Below are positions 46,372 through 55,926 of a stretch of DNA of 64,000 nucleotides, one piece after another (position 1 is the first letter of the stretch; each line of letters begins with the position of its first letter). Source of the stretch: Clostridiales bacterium (GTDB lineage: Bacteria > Bacillota > Clostridia > Peptostreptococcales > Acidaminobacteraceae); contig JASUSA010000007.1 in the NCBI GenBank assembly GCA_030446305.1, positions 1,538 through 65,537 on the forward strand, given 5' to 3'. The notes under the pieces are model-generated. The model had not been told where the DNA came from, made no database searches, and was given only the letters and a program-made list of their open reading frames with translations. The translations under genes were made by a program, and so were the position numbers.

Positions 46372-48618
46372 TTATTCAGCTACATTAATATTTTGATAAA
46401 TTGCAGGTATATTGATATTGCTAAACCCTACAGTACCAATGCCATAGGATGCATCTCTAGCAGAAAGTTCTTTCTGATCGTCGATATAAACCGTAATTTT
46501 GTTGCCGTCCGCTACAATTTTAATATCGTACACCGTTCTCGGCGATAGACTCATTGTCTTTTGTGCGACAACCTCACGATTGTTCAGCGAGGTGCTCACA
46601 AGCGAGACACTGCCTTTTATTCCGGATACATCCGGCGTGAGCATTACAGCGTAGCCATAGTAAGAGCCATCACCCATGCCAGAATCTACCGCTCTAAACA
46701 CAACCCCCGCCTTGTTTTCCGCATTTGCCTTCGAATCATATAAGGTTATTTTCGTTTCAATTGTACCATTAGAAAACAATACATCATTAAACAACATCAG
46801 CGATGCTTTATTCTCTTCTGATACTGCATAAATCGAATCCGTATAAGCGCGGTTTAATGAGAAGGTTCCACTAATTTTCTTGACAGAAGGCATGGTTTCG
46901 AACTCACTTGATAGCGACATCACTTTCTCGCCTGTCGCATCATCCTTTAATTCACTCTCTTCGTAGGATGGTTTCTCAATACCCGATTTTTCAGCCAGCG
47001 TATCTGTATTGACATTCGCTTCTTCAACAGCGCCTGTGAGTTCTGCGCGCATTGCCGCTTCTGTCGCATATGCTTTGATATAGACAGCCCCATTCTTATA
47101 AGTTGCATACGATTTTACTTCCGTTTGATTGATAACTTTCCGAATGAGCGATGCCAGTGCATCATCCCCGCCCGAAACTTTCATAATCGGCTTAATAACT
47201 GAACCGACAACTGGAATGGCGTAAATAGCCTCTGTCAGGATAACGCCCATGTCGCCGTCACCTAAGACATCGTTGAGCGAAACTTCTTTTGTCTCTGTTT
47301 TCTCTTTGCCTTTTTTATCGGTGTGCTTGCTCTCTAAAATAAGCGCCGCATCATTGATAACGTCTTTGATATCATCGCGGGCGCCGTTACTAATTGGATC
47401 ACCTAATGGTACGAGGTCGTTGATACCGTCCTGTATACCATCAGCAACTTCAAAGGCAATATCGGCCGGACGTTCAAAATCATTGTTGTACATAATCTCT
47501 AGATTATTTGGATTATTCACGACGGCAACAAATGCAACCTGTTCTTTATTGAGCGCCTTCTTTGTCGTCGGAATAATTTGATCGCCATTTTTTAATGTGA
47601 CGGTAAAGTTATCTCTTAAACCATACTTCAATCCCGTCACCATTACCAGATAATGACCATCTGTTTTCATCGTCCCCGAATTTAATTGATACGTAAACGA
47701 CAGTCCGTCAACATCGCTGTCCGGCACAATACCGTCGACAAATGGATTTATATCAACCAAACCATAAGAAAGAACAACATCGTCAATGGCATCGGCAACG
47801 CGATCGCCATAGAAAATCGAATACGGGAGCATATCGGCAATATAGCCTCCCGGTGATATTTGTCCCGATGCTTCCGACAATTCTGAAATACAATAATTTG
47901 CCCAGTAGTTGGTTAGACCAATATCTTTGAGCGTTGATTTTAACGCCGCTTCTGCATCTGCCGGCAGCTTCTTCTCTCTAACGTTTAAACCATATGTGTA
48001 CTGACCCGAATCAACATGATTAACATTGGTTACAGTGGTCATATCCATGTTCAAAACCGGCAGCAGATCTAGTTCTGATAAATTCTCATTGTCCCTCAAT
48101 AAATCATCGACAAAATGATCAACATCTTTATAGGCACGCTTTAACCAGACTTTTGAATCATCATAAGCATTATCCAGCCAATCCGCTGAATCATCCAGTG
48201 CATTCCCCGTCCAGTCCGTGGCATCATCCACGGCATTCTCCGTCCAGTTTGATGCATCATCCACAGCGTTTTCAGTCCAGTTCGTCGCATCGTCATACGC
48301 ATTCTCGGTCCAGTTCGTCGCATCGTCATACGCATTCTCGGTCCAGTTCGTCGCATCGTCTACAGCGTTCTCAGTCCAGTTCGATGCATCGTCTACGGCG
48401 TTCTCCGTCCAGTTCGATGCATCGTCTACCGCGTTCTCAGTCCAGTTCGATGCATCATCTACAGCGTTCTCCGTCCAGTTCGATGCATCATCTACAGCGT
48501 TCTCAGTCCAATTCTTCGCTTTTTTAAGTGCACCGCCAATGCTCCATGCATAGGTTGGAACAGACTGGCCAAAGATGAGTGCTATGATGAGTGTCATCAT
48601 TATGCCTTTTTTAAACAT
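46372..48618 (-). CDS. Secreted repeat protein: signal peptide, 12 x 11-aa repeats, unknown middle region, C-terminal LamG/DUF1080-like beta-sandwich
   Basis: Signal peptide MFKKGIMMTLIIALIFGQSVPTYA, then (NWTENAVDDAS)n. The C-terminus (AGVVFRAVD...YYGYAVMLTP...VYDIKIVADGNKITVYIDD...GTVGF) looks like a concanavalin/LamG-type jelly roll. No LPXTG or SLH motif seen. Confidence 0.8.
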   Translation of the reverse strand: MFKKGIMMTLIIALIFGQSVPTYAWSIGGALKKAKNWTENAVDDASNWTENAVDDASNWTENAVDDASNWTENAVDDASNWTENAVDDATNWTENAYDDATNWTENAYDDATNWTENAVDDASNWTENAVDDATDWTGNALDDSADWLDNAYDDSKVWLKRAYKDVDHFVDDLLRDNENLSELDLLPVLNMDMTTVTNVNHVDSGQYTYGLNVREKKLPADAEAALKSTLKDIGLTNYWANYCISELSEASGQISPGGYIADMLPYSIFYGDRVADAIDDVVLSYGLVDINPFVDGIVPDSDVDGLSFTYQLNSGTMKTDGHYLVMVTGLKYGLRDNFTVTLKNGDQIIPTTKKALNKEQVAFVAVVNNPNNLEIMYNNDFERPADIAFEVADGIQDGINDLVPLGDPISNGARDDIKDVINDAALILESKHTDKKGKEKTETKEVSLNDVLGDGDMGVILTEAIYAIPVVGSVIKPIMKVSGGDDALASLIRKVINQTEVKSYATYKNGAVYIKAYATEAAMRAELTGAVEEANVNTDTLAEKSGIEKPSYEESELKDDATGEKVMSLSSEFETMPSVKKISGTFSLNRAYTDSIYAVSEENKASLMLFNDVLFSNGTIETKITLYDSKANAENKAGVVFRAVDSGMGDGSYYGYAVMLTPDVSGIKGSVSLVSTSLNNREVVAQKTMSLSPRTVYDIKIVADGNKITVYIDDQKELSARDASYGIGTVGFSNINIPAIYQNINVAE
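48118..48513 (-). repeat. Coding tandem repeat, 12 x 33 bp (9 near-identical + 3 degenerate units)
   Basis: Units encode NWTENA(V/Y)DDA(S/T). The copies differ mostly at third codon positions (ACT/ACG, GCT/GCG/GCC, GAT/GAC). Confidence 0.95.
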
Positions 48619-48880
48619 GAGGTCCTCCAGCTATCTAAAATATTTTCAATTATTATATCGCAAGATAGGACTAAAGACCGAGAATCTATCTAAATTGTAA
48701 GACTCTTCTTAACATTTTAGGCAATTGCATCATTGCCTTATTTGATAATTTTCATTATGTCTACTGTGGTTTCGCTTCTTTTTTGATAAAATGGATATAA
48801 AAGCACCTATGAACGCACTGTTATGATGTTATCGTTTTTTTGCAGTGCTTTTATGATCTTAAACACATTGAGGAGGCAAT

Positions 48881-49555
48881 TTGAAATCGTACACGCTCTT
48901 TGATATCATCGGCCCTATTATGATTGGCCCATCCAGTTCTCATACAGCCGGCGCCTGTCGTATTGGCTACACACTTCACCACATTATTAAGGCCCCGTTA
49001 AAATCGGTCGTCTTCACACTTTATGGTTCCTTTGCTAAGACTTATGTTGGTCACGGCACAGACTTAGCACTTCTTGGCGGTATTCTGGGATTTAAACCCG
49101 ATGACAAGCGAATCGTCAGCGCAAAGGAAATCGCAAGTGATTCCGGTCTATCATTTGATTTTAAACCTTCTGCTGAAGAAACGCGTCATCCAAATACCGT
49201 AAAAATCAACGCGGTTACCAAAGCGGGTCAGTCCTGGGAAGCTATAGGCGAATCCATTGGCGGCGGTAAAATGCAGCTTATACAAATTAATGGCATTGAC
49301 ATCCAGTTCACAGGTGCTTACAACACACTGATTACGCACCATAAAGATACCCCCGGCATGCTGGCACAAATTACAGCCGTCATCTCAAAACACGCCATCA
49401 ACATCGCCAACATGAAATTATACCGTGAATCGCGTGGACTCAAGGCCATTGGAATCATCGAAATGGATGAAGACATCCCAGAGAGCGCCATTGAACAGCT
49501 CGCTATTATTGACGGTGTCAGCTATGTTACATTGATTGAAAGAATTTACGAGTAA
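48881..49555 (+). CDS. sdaAB: L-serine dehydratase, iron-sulfur-dependent, beta subunit
   Basis: FDIIGPIMIGPSSSHTAGA at the N-terminus plus a C-terminal ACT-like domain. GAGGAGG RBS and TTG start. Confidence 0.9.
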   Translation: MKSYTLFDIIGPIMIGPSSSHTAGACRIGYTLHHIIKAPLKSVVFTLYGSFAKTYVGHGTDLALLGGILGFKPDDKRIVSAKEIASDSGLSFDFKPSAEETRHPNTVKINAVTKAGQSWEAIGESIGGGKMQLIQINGIDIQFTGAYNTLITHHKDTPGMLAQITAVISKHAINIANMKLYRESRGLKAIGIIEMDEDIPESAIEQLAIIDGVSYVTLIERIYE

Positions 49556-49570
49556 AGAGGAGACTGTCAT

Positions 49571-50452
49571 ATGATCTATCATAGTGCTAAAGATATTCTG
49601 CAACATTGTCAGGAAACGAATTTACCGCTTCACCAGCTTTCGCTTGATGCAGAGTGTCAACTGACAGGGAAGTCGTCCGAAGAAATACGGCTTTATCTCA
49701 GTGATGTTTTAACAGCGATGTTTGAAGCTATTGAACTCGGCCTCAATACTGCACATACAGAAATAAAAGGAAAAATCATTGGTGACGACGGTATAAAACT
49801 TGCAAGGAGGGAGGCGCCAATTTGCGGAGAAACCATTGCAAAAGCCGCAAGTTATGCGCTCAGCACGATGAAAGTCAATGCCGGTATGGGCAGAATTGTC
49901 GCATCACCCACTGCAGGCTCTTGCGGCGTCCTGCCAGCTGTACTCAAAACACTGAGTGAACAGCGCGCACTTTCAGAAGATCAATTAATTGACGGACTGC
50001 TCGTTGCCAATGTTATCGGCTCGCTGGTCGCTCGAAACGCTACTATTTCCGGTGCAGAAGGGGGCTGTCAAGCTGAAGTTGGCACAGCATCCGCTATGGC
50101 AGCCGGTGCTGCTGTCTATTTAGCAGGCGGTACCGCTGATCAAGTATTTCACGCTGGTGCCATGGCGTTTAAAAACTTGCTCGGCCTCGTCTGCGATCCC
50201 ATTGCCGGGCTAGTCGAGAGTCCCTGCGCTAAGCGCAATGCGATGGGCGCAACCAACGCACTACTCTGTGCTGAAATGTCACTTGCAGGCATTGAGAGCA
50301 TTGTGCCTTTCGACGAAGTCGTTGAAGCCATGCGTCGCGTTGGTCAAGCAATGCCCGTGGCACTTCGCGAAACGGCCCTCGGCGGATTGGCAGCGACGCC
50401 AACAGCTATTCAAATCACAACCGATCTCTTTAAAACATCGTCGACTTTCTAA
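49571..50452 (+). CDS. sdaAA: L-serine dehydratase, iron-sulfur-dependent, alpha subunit
   Basis: Cluster-ligand contexts (SPTAGSCGVLPA, GGCQAEVG, DPIAGLVESPCAKRNA). It starts 15 nt after the beta subunit. Confidence 0.9.
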   Translation: MIYHSAKDILQHCQETNLPLHQLSLDAECQLTGKSSEEIRLYLSDVLTAMFEAIELGLNTAHTEIKGKIIGDDGIKLARREAPICGETIAKAASYALSTMKVNAGMGRIVASPTAGSCGVLPAVLKTLSEQRALSEDQLIDGLLVANVIGSLVARNATISGAEGGCQAEVGTASAMAAGAAVYLAGGTADQVFHAGAMAFKNLLGLVCDPIAGLVESPCAKRNAMGATNALLCAEMSLAGIESIVPFDEVVEAMRRVGQAMPVALRETALGGLAATPTAIQITTDLFKTSSTF

Positions 50453-50513
50453 GCCTGGTGCTAAATGTGAAGGTTCAATTAAAGGTAATGATGCAATTTC
50501 CTTATTGCATCAT

Positions 50514-50544
50514 AAAAGGATGTCCGAAGGGACATCCTTTTTTA
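50514..50544. terminator. Bidirectional intrinsic terminator (sdaAA / msrA)
   Basis: AAAGGATGTCC-GAAG-GGACATCCTTT followed by TTT. Confidence 0.9.
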
Positions 50545-50573
50545 ACGATTTTTAAAACACACCCTGTTAAAGC

Positions 50574-51065
50574 TCACTCTGTCAGCGATAAATCACTAAT
50601 ATTAATATGGCAGTAACCACCGGGGTTTTTATCAAGATAGTGCTGGTGATACGTTTCTGCCGGAAAGTACTTTCCAAGCGGAACGACTTCTGTAACAATC
50701 GGTTTGCTATAACGATTTTGTTCTGCTGTCAACGATTGCCGGATAACCGGCAAATCCTCTGCATCCGCATAGTATATGCCTGTGCGATACTGCGTGCCGA
50801 CATCCCCGCCCTGTCTGTTTACAAGTGTTGGATCAATGATTTTCCAAAAATGCTTCAAAAGCGTTTCAAGTGTTATCACACCTGCATCATAGGTAAGCTT
50901 TAACACTTCCGCATGTCCCGTCGTATGCCGGCACACTGCTTCGTATGTTGGATTATCTGTTGTACCGTTGGCATAGCCAACTTCAGTTGATACAACGCCG
51001 GGAAGCTGTTGAAAATAAGCTTCCATCCCCCAGAAACATCCCCCTGCTAGAACGATTTGCCTCAT
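50574..51065 (-). CDS. msrA: Peptide-methionine (S)-S-oxide reductase
   Basis: [11 protein letters not shown] active-site motif, with the expected length and pattern. Confidence 0.93.
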   Translation of the reverse strand: MRQIVLAGGCFWGMEAYFQQLPGVVSTEVGYANGTTDNPTYEAVCRHTTGHAEVLKLTYDAGVITLETLLKHFWKIIDPTLVNRQGGDVGTQYRTGIYYADAEDLPVIRQSLTAEQNRYSKPIVTEVVPLGKYFPAETYHQHYLDKNPGGYCHINISDLSLTE

Positions 51066-51118
51066 GGTCTACCTCTTTCTCATCTTTCCTTTATAAAGAC
51101 TGTTGTCGTCGTCATTGG

Positions 51119-51742
51119 TCAGGGTTTTAGAAAAGCACGTGCCGGAAGGCCTTCAACCCCTTCGATCTTAAGCGGCAGACACATCAACGTATAGCGGCCA
51201 GCCTCGATGTCTGCAAGTGCCAATCCTTCAACGATATAAATGTCCCTGCCGAGTAAAATCCGATGTGTTGGATGGTCCGGATTGCTGCGCTCAATGCCAA
51301 GCGCGTCGATTCCAACGGCTTTTACACCTGCATCTGCCAGTAATTGCGCGCCTGAAGGATCTAAATAGTCAAAATCAACATCAAACGCTTTTGCAAAACT
51401 GTTATGTGTTTTCAAAATGACGATATCACCCGGCATGATCTGATGGGGCGCCAAATCATCTGCCGTAATATTCGGATGATCCAAATGACTAAAGTCAATC
51501 ACCGTGCAGGCACCGTTAATTGCAGAAACATTAAATACAGATGAATCGTGGCCATCTGCCAGTATATGTTTAGGCATGTCGACATGCGTCCCAAGATGCA
51601 GATCGATCTCAATGCTTCCCTCCTGATAACCATTGACGTCATGGGTTGCTCTGCTGATAAACTTCGGTTTTTTTTCCGTCTTATTCTTATAAACGATCAT
51701 GTCCGGGAAGATCGCCATGGATATGTCCAGCCAATCTTTCAT
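51119..51742 (-). CDS. Cyclase-family metal-dependent hydrolase (kynurenine formamidase / isatin hydrolase fold)
   Basis: HLGTHVDMPKH metal-binding motif. AAAGAGGTGA RBS. ATG 51742 overlaps the zwf stop (ATGA). Confidence 0.8.
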   Translation of the reverse strand: MKDWLDISMAIFPDMIVYKNKTEKKPKFISRATHDVNGYQEGSIEIDLHLGTHVDMPKHILADGHDSSVFNVSAINGACTVIDFSHLDHPNITADDLAPHQIMPGDIVILKTHNSFAKAFDVDFDYLDPSGAQLLADAGVKAVGIDALGIERSNPDHPTHRILLGRDIYIVEGLALADIEAGRYTLMCLPLKIEGVEGLPARAFLKP

Positions 51743-53100
51743 ACTTTCACCTCTTTCCAAAGCGTTCCAAGTTTCGCGAGAATCGCTGCCTGATTTTCAT
51801 AGATTTCAAGCGGTTCAAATTGTTTTATCATTTCGAGTGCATCGATAATTTCCCAAGATGCTTCTATTTCATCCCATCTGGTAAACAAGGATGCATCATC
51901 GTGAATGACATCGAGAATAAGCTTTTCATATGCCTCCGGCGTATTGCCAATTGTATTGCAAAGATGGCAATAATCCAGTTTCATCGGCATTGCATAAGCT
52001 TGAAGTCCAGGTGCCTTGCCATTAAACAAAATTTCGATACCCTCACGTGGGTAGACTTCGATCACCAGTTGATTTTTTTCTGGTTGTCCCTTTTCAAAAA
52101 AGAACGTCGAATCTTTAAACGTAATCACAATTCGAAATAGTTTTTCATCCATCTTTTTACCGGTGATCAGGTAAAATGGCGTATGTTGCCAGCGGCTGGT
52201 GTTGATGTAGAGCTTTAGTGCCGCAAAGGTTTCTGTCTTCGAATCGCTCGGAATGCCCTTTTCATTCAAGTAGCCGGCATACTGTCCGAACAGAATATCA
52301 TCTGACATTTCGATACGCTGAAGCACTTTCACTTTCTCATCTTTAATCAAACGGTCATTTAGTCCTGTCGGCGAATCCATTGCCACTAGCGCCAGTGTCT
52401 GGAACAGATGATTCTGCACCATATCCTTTAGCGCACCTGACTGATCATAGTAGCCGCCGCGCTGTTTTACGGTTTCAGATTCATATGCAATAATTTTAAT
52501 ATGGTCAATGTGTTTGAAATTCCAAATATTTTCGAAAATTTTATTCGCAAATCGCACAATTAAAATATTTTGAAGCATTTCTTTGCCAAGGTAGTGGTCA
52601 ATGCGGTAAACTTGGCTTTCATCAATGGACTGCAGAAGCATTCGGTTATACGCCTTTGCACTGGCAAGATCCTCGCCAAATGGCTTTTCAAAGACGATTT
52701 TACTGCGTAAGTCACCGCGAACGACAATTTGATTTTGAATCAATCCTTCCGCAATAATGGGGAAAAACCTCGGTGCCGTCGCCAAATAAAATATTTTATC
52801 GCGAAGCTGGCCTGCATAATGCGTTTTAAGCATGGCAGAAAATGACGCAAATGTGTTAACATCAGAAAAATCCATACGGTAATACTGAATATGCGCTTTA
52901 AAGGTGTGCCATTCTGCATAGTCTGTCTGCATACCGGCTTCAATTTCTGCAATGAAAGCTGCATCATCATAATCTCGGCGCCCTATGCCCAGAACTGTAA
53001 ATTCATCCGGCAACTGCGATTCAATGTAGAGATTATAGAGTGCGGGAATCAGTTTTTTCGTCGTCAAATCGCCCGTTGCACCAAAAATGGTAAATATCAT
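51739..53100 (-). CDS. zwf: Glucose-6-phosphate 1-dehydrogenase
   Basis: FGATGDLTTKKLIPAL dinucleotide-binding motif and the RIDHYLGKE active-site motif. Confidence 0.93.
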   Translation of the reverse strand: MIFTIFGATGDLTTKKLIPALYNLYIESQLPDEFTVLGIGRRDYDDAAFIAEIEAGMQTDYAEWHTFKAHIQYYRMDFSDVNTFASFSAMLKTHYAGQLRDKIFYLATAPRFFPIIAEGLIQNQIVVRGDLRSKIVFEKPFGEDLASAKAYNRMLLQSIDESQVYRIDHYLGKEMLQNILIVRFANKIFENIWNFKHIDHIKIIAYESETVKQRGGYYDQSGALKDMVQNHLFQTLALVAMDSPTGLNDRLIKDEKVKVLQRIEMSDDILFGQYAGYLNEKGIPSDSKTETFAALKLYINTSRWQHTPFYLITGKKMDEKLFRIVITFKDSTFFFEKGQPEKNQLVIEVYPREGIEILFNGKAPGLQAYAMPMKLDYCHLCNTIGNTPEAYEKLILDVIHDDASLFTRWDEIEASWEIIDALEMIKQFEPLEIYENQAAILAKLGTLWKEVKV

Positions 53101-53133
53101 GTATGTCCTCCAAAACGATTTCTTTACACCCTT

Positions 53134-54030
53134 TTACGCTTTATAGATTTTATGTCCGCCAAATTGATTGCGCATAGCGGCCAACGCTTTTTCGCTGAAA
53201 TGCGCCTCATCTTTTGATTTGTACCGCGCAAAGAGAGACTGTGTGATAACAGGTGCCGAAACTTTCAGTCGCAATGCCTCTGCCAGTGTCCAATCCGCTT
53301 CGCCGGATGCATCCACTTTGCCAAGAATACCCTCCAACGTCTTGCTTTCTGCAAACGCCTGATGCATCATTCGCATGAGCAGCCCTTCAACAATCGAACC
53401 GTTGCTCCAAACTTTTGAAACCAGTTCAAAATCGAGATCGTATTCACTTGCTCTTAAAATGTCAAAGCCTTCGCCAATCGCCTGCATCATCCCGTATTCA
53501 ATGCCGTTGTGAATCATTTTCACATAATGGCCACTGCCGGACGGCCCAAAATAGCCATAACCATCTTCAACGGCAATGGCTTTTAAAACAGGCTTAATGT
53601 ACTGAACTGCCGCTGAATTGCCGCCAGCCATAAGACAAGCGCCAAAGCGAGCACCTTTAACACCGCCGGATGTTCCGACATCTACAAAATCAATGCCCAT
53701 CGACTTCAAGCTTTCGCTTCGCCTAACGGTATCCTTATAGTTGGAATTACCGCCATCGATGATGATATCCCCCGCTTTGAGCAGTGGCACCAGTGTTTCA
53801 ATCATCTGGTCAACGGGATCGCCTGCCGGGACCATCAGCCAGACAACTTTTTTATCGTCCAGTGCATTAATGAGTGCCGGAATAGAATTCACACCCTGCA
53901 CGCCATATTGTTTAATTTCGTCTACCTTTGAAAGCGACCGGTTTGTGACAACCACTTCTATATTGTGATCTTTCATATTTTGCGCCAATGCGTAGCCCAT
54001 TTTGCCAAGTCCGATTAATCCTATTTTCAT
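53134..54030 (-). CDS. gnd: 6-phosphogluconate dehydrogenase (decarboxylating), short YqeC/Gnd-like form
   Basis: MKIGLIGLGKMG Rossmann start, VDGGNS-like IIDGGNSNY, and the GSGHYVKMIHNGIEYG motif. Confidence 0.88.
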   Translation of the reverse strand: MKIGLIGLGKMGYALAQNMKDHNIEVVVTNRSLSKVDEIKQYGVQGVNSIPALINALDDKKVVWLMVPAGDPVDQMIETLVPLLKAGDIIIDGGNSNYKDTVRRSESLKSMGIDFVDVGTSGGVKGARFGACLMAGGNSAAVQYIKPVLKAIAVEDGYGYFGPSGSGHYVKMIHNGIEYGMMQAIGEGFDILRASEYDLDFELVSKVWSNGSIVEGLLMRMMHQAFAESKTLEGILGKVDASGEADWTLAEALRLKVSAPVITQSLFARYKSKDEAHFSEKALAAMRNQFGGHKIYKA

Positions 54031-54075
54031 AAAGATACCTCACTTTAGTTTTTTTCACATTTACCCATTTATAAT

Positions 54076-54106
54076 GAATAAAAACGCCCTTGATTCAGGC
54101 GTTTTC
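54076..54106 (-). terminator. Intrinsic terminator after the hemerythrin gene
   Basis: AAACGCC-9 nt-GGCGTTT with a T-run on the minus strand. Confidence 0.7.
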
Positions 54107-54128
54107 TTTAAGTGTTGACCACATTCAA

Positions 54129-54536
54129 TTATGCTTTTAGCAATTCGACATATTCCCGATCTGTTTTGATAATATGCAGTACGAGCCAATCGGACACAAA
54201 GGTTAATAACTCCACGAGAACGCCTTTTTGATCCGAATCAATTTTCTCGAGGTTTGTAAAATATTTTTCCAGTTTTTTAACGAATAGCTTATGTTCGAAT
54301 TTATGCGCGCTGGAACCAATGAAGCCTTTCGCATCAAAGGTCGCTTCTTCATAGGCAAAGTGTGTCACCGTGTAGTTCTCGAGCTGCTTTAACATTGCCA
54401 TTATTTCATCATAATAATCTGTTTGCGTCTGATCTGAAATCATTTCAGAAAGTGCTCCACCGATTTCTACAAGCTGTTTATGCTGGCGGTCAATTTCAGG
54501 AATGCCAAATTCAAACTCTGGTTTCCAAGCTAACAT
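54129..54536 (-). CDS. Bacteriohemerythrin (hemerythrin-like metal-binding protein)
   Basis: W-x-x-E/F-x-G-x-P-x-ID-x-QH start plus the H...HxxxE...HxxxH...HxxxxD ligand pattern. Confidence 0.88.
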   Translation of the reverse strand: MLAWKPEFEFGIPEIDRQHKQLVEIGGALSEMISDQTQTDYYDEIMAMLKQLENYTVTHFAYEEATFDAKGFIGSSAHKFEHKLFVKKLEKYFTNLEKIDSDQKGVLVELLTFVSDWLVLHIIKTDREYVELLKA

Positions 54537-54684
54537 GTTTCCCTCCCATAAATAATCTGCTTTAGATTATGCATCATTTTGGTATACTGCATAATAATAA
54601 TTATCATACACCTTTTTGGAAAAAAACACACTAGCATTTCGTAAACATTTTGTAAAGGTTATAACTTTGTAATTCTTACAGCTT

Positions 54685-55566
54685 TTAATTTTTCTTTACA
54701 TTAATCTGCAATTTCTTATGAAGAATTTCAATATGCAGCGGAAAATGCGGTCCTGGTTCGCCGTCCAAATCTGAACTAATCAGGTTTTCTGCACTGACTT
54801 CAATATGACTTGCCTGAAAATATTCAATATAAGGGCTCTTTGGGTGCTCGCCATTCCACACTTTGATAAGAAGCGGCATAATTTCAATCAATGGACACTG
54901 TTTAAAAATCAAAATATCAAAGCGCCCGTCCTGAACATCTGAATAAGGTGCCAACTTTCTAAAACCGCCCGCCGATTTGCCATTCATAATCAATGCAAAA
55001 AAAATCTTCCCTTCAAATGTATGCTGCTCCGTGACGAAACGGATTGGGACAGGTTTGAGTTTCGGCAATTCTTCAATGCCTTTAATATAATAAGCCAGCA
55101 CACCCAGTGTATTTTTCACCTGAGGGTTAACTTTTTGTCCTACTTCTACAAGATTCCCAAAACTCGCGACATTGACAAAATAACGGCCGTTGACACAGCC
55201 AACATCACATGGCGTATAATAATCGTCAAGTGCGATGTCAATCATCTCTTCAAAATGCAGTGGGATTTGAAACATCTGAGAAAAGTCGTTTGCTGTTCCG
55301 ACGGGAAAAATGGCAATTGGTTTTTCGACGCCTGCTGCCATCAACAGATTAATCATCTTGTGAATGGTACCATCTCCACCAGCGATAATGATCTTCGCCA
55401 CCAATTGCCACGATATCGACTGTATAAACGCATCCGTTACGCGATCATCTCCCAGTCTATGGGGAAGCAGCACTTTCCCATTGCGTTGAAAGGCTGCAAT
55501 CACCTCATCTAAACGCCCTGAAAAAGTGCCATTCCCTGAATTTGGGTTGTAAAATAAAATAGTCAT
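54685..55566 (-). CDS. Diacylglycerol kinase-family lipid kinase (YegS/BmrU/DagK type)
   Basis: GGDGTIHKMIN and PVGTANDF motifs. Confidence 0.88.
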   Translation of the reverse strand: MTILFYNPNSGNGTFSGRLDEVIAAFQRNGKVLLPHRLGDDRVTDAFIQSISWQLVAKIIIAGGDGTIHKMINLLMAAGVEKPIAIFPVGTANDFSQMFQIPLHFEEMIDIALDDYYTPCDVGCVNGRYFVNVASFGNLVEVGQKVNPQVKNTLGVLAYYIKGIEELPKLKPVPIRFVTEQHTFEGKIFFALIMNGKSAGGFRKLAPYSDVQDGRFDILIFKQCPLIEIMPLLIKVWNGEHPKSPYIEYFQASHIEVSAENLISSDLDGEPGPHFPLHIEILHKKLQINVKKN

Positions 55567-55578
55567 GTACAGCCTCTT

Positions 55579-55926
55579 CTACATTTTAACTGTATCGACG
55601 AGATATTGTGTTTGACACTTGCTGCAAGTGACACGCAATTTTCCTTTGCCTTTTGGTACGCGTGATCGATGCTGACAAGTCGGACAGGTTTCGACCGTAT
55701 AATCCAAAAGGTGTTCAATGCGTTTTAAATCCAATCCTACAATGCTTTCACTGCCAACAATAAAAGCCGGTACACCCATGATTTTTAAATTCATAAGCTC
55801 CTGTCTCGCCATTGGATCTCTTGAAACATTCTTCTCAGTGTATTTATAACCACTGTTTTTCAGATAGTTCTTTGCCGTCTTGCAGTGTGGGCAAGTCTCG
55901 CTCGTATACATAATAATTTCTTTCAT
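55579..55926 (-). CDS. Glutaredoxin/NrdH-like thioredoxin-fold protein fused to a C-terminal zinc ribbon
   Basis: The CPHC redox motif after a beta1 strand (IIMYTSETCPHCKTAK), GVPAF, then CPTC...18 residues...CSKC. GAGGTG RBS before ATG 55926. Confidence 0.7.
   Translation of the reverse strand: MKEIIMYTSETCPHCKTAKNYLKNSGYKYTEKNVSRDPMARQELMNLKIMGVPAFIVGSESIVGLDLKRIEHLLDYTVETCPTCQHRSRVPKGKGKLRVTCSKCQTQYLVDTVKM

Noticed and set aside
48153-48553. Two plus-strand ORFs (124 and 111 aa) with His/Ser-rich or FSVQF repeats
   Set aside because: They are the antisense reading of the 33-bp coding repeats of the secreted protein. The periodicity keeps every frame open.
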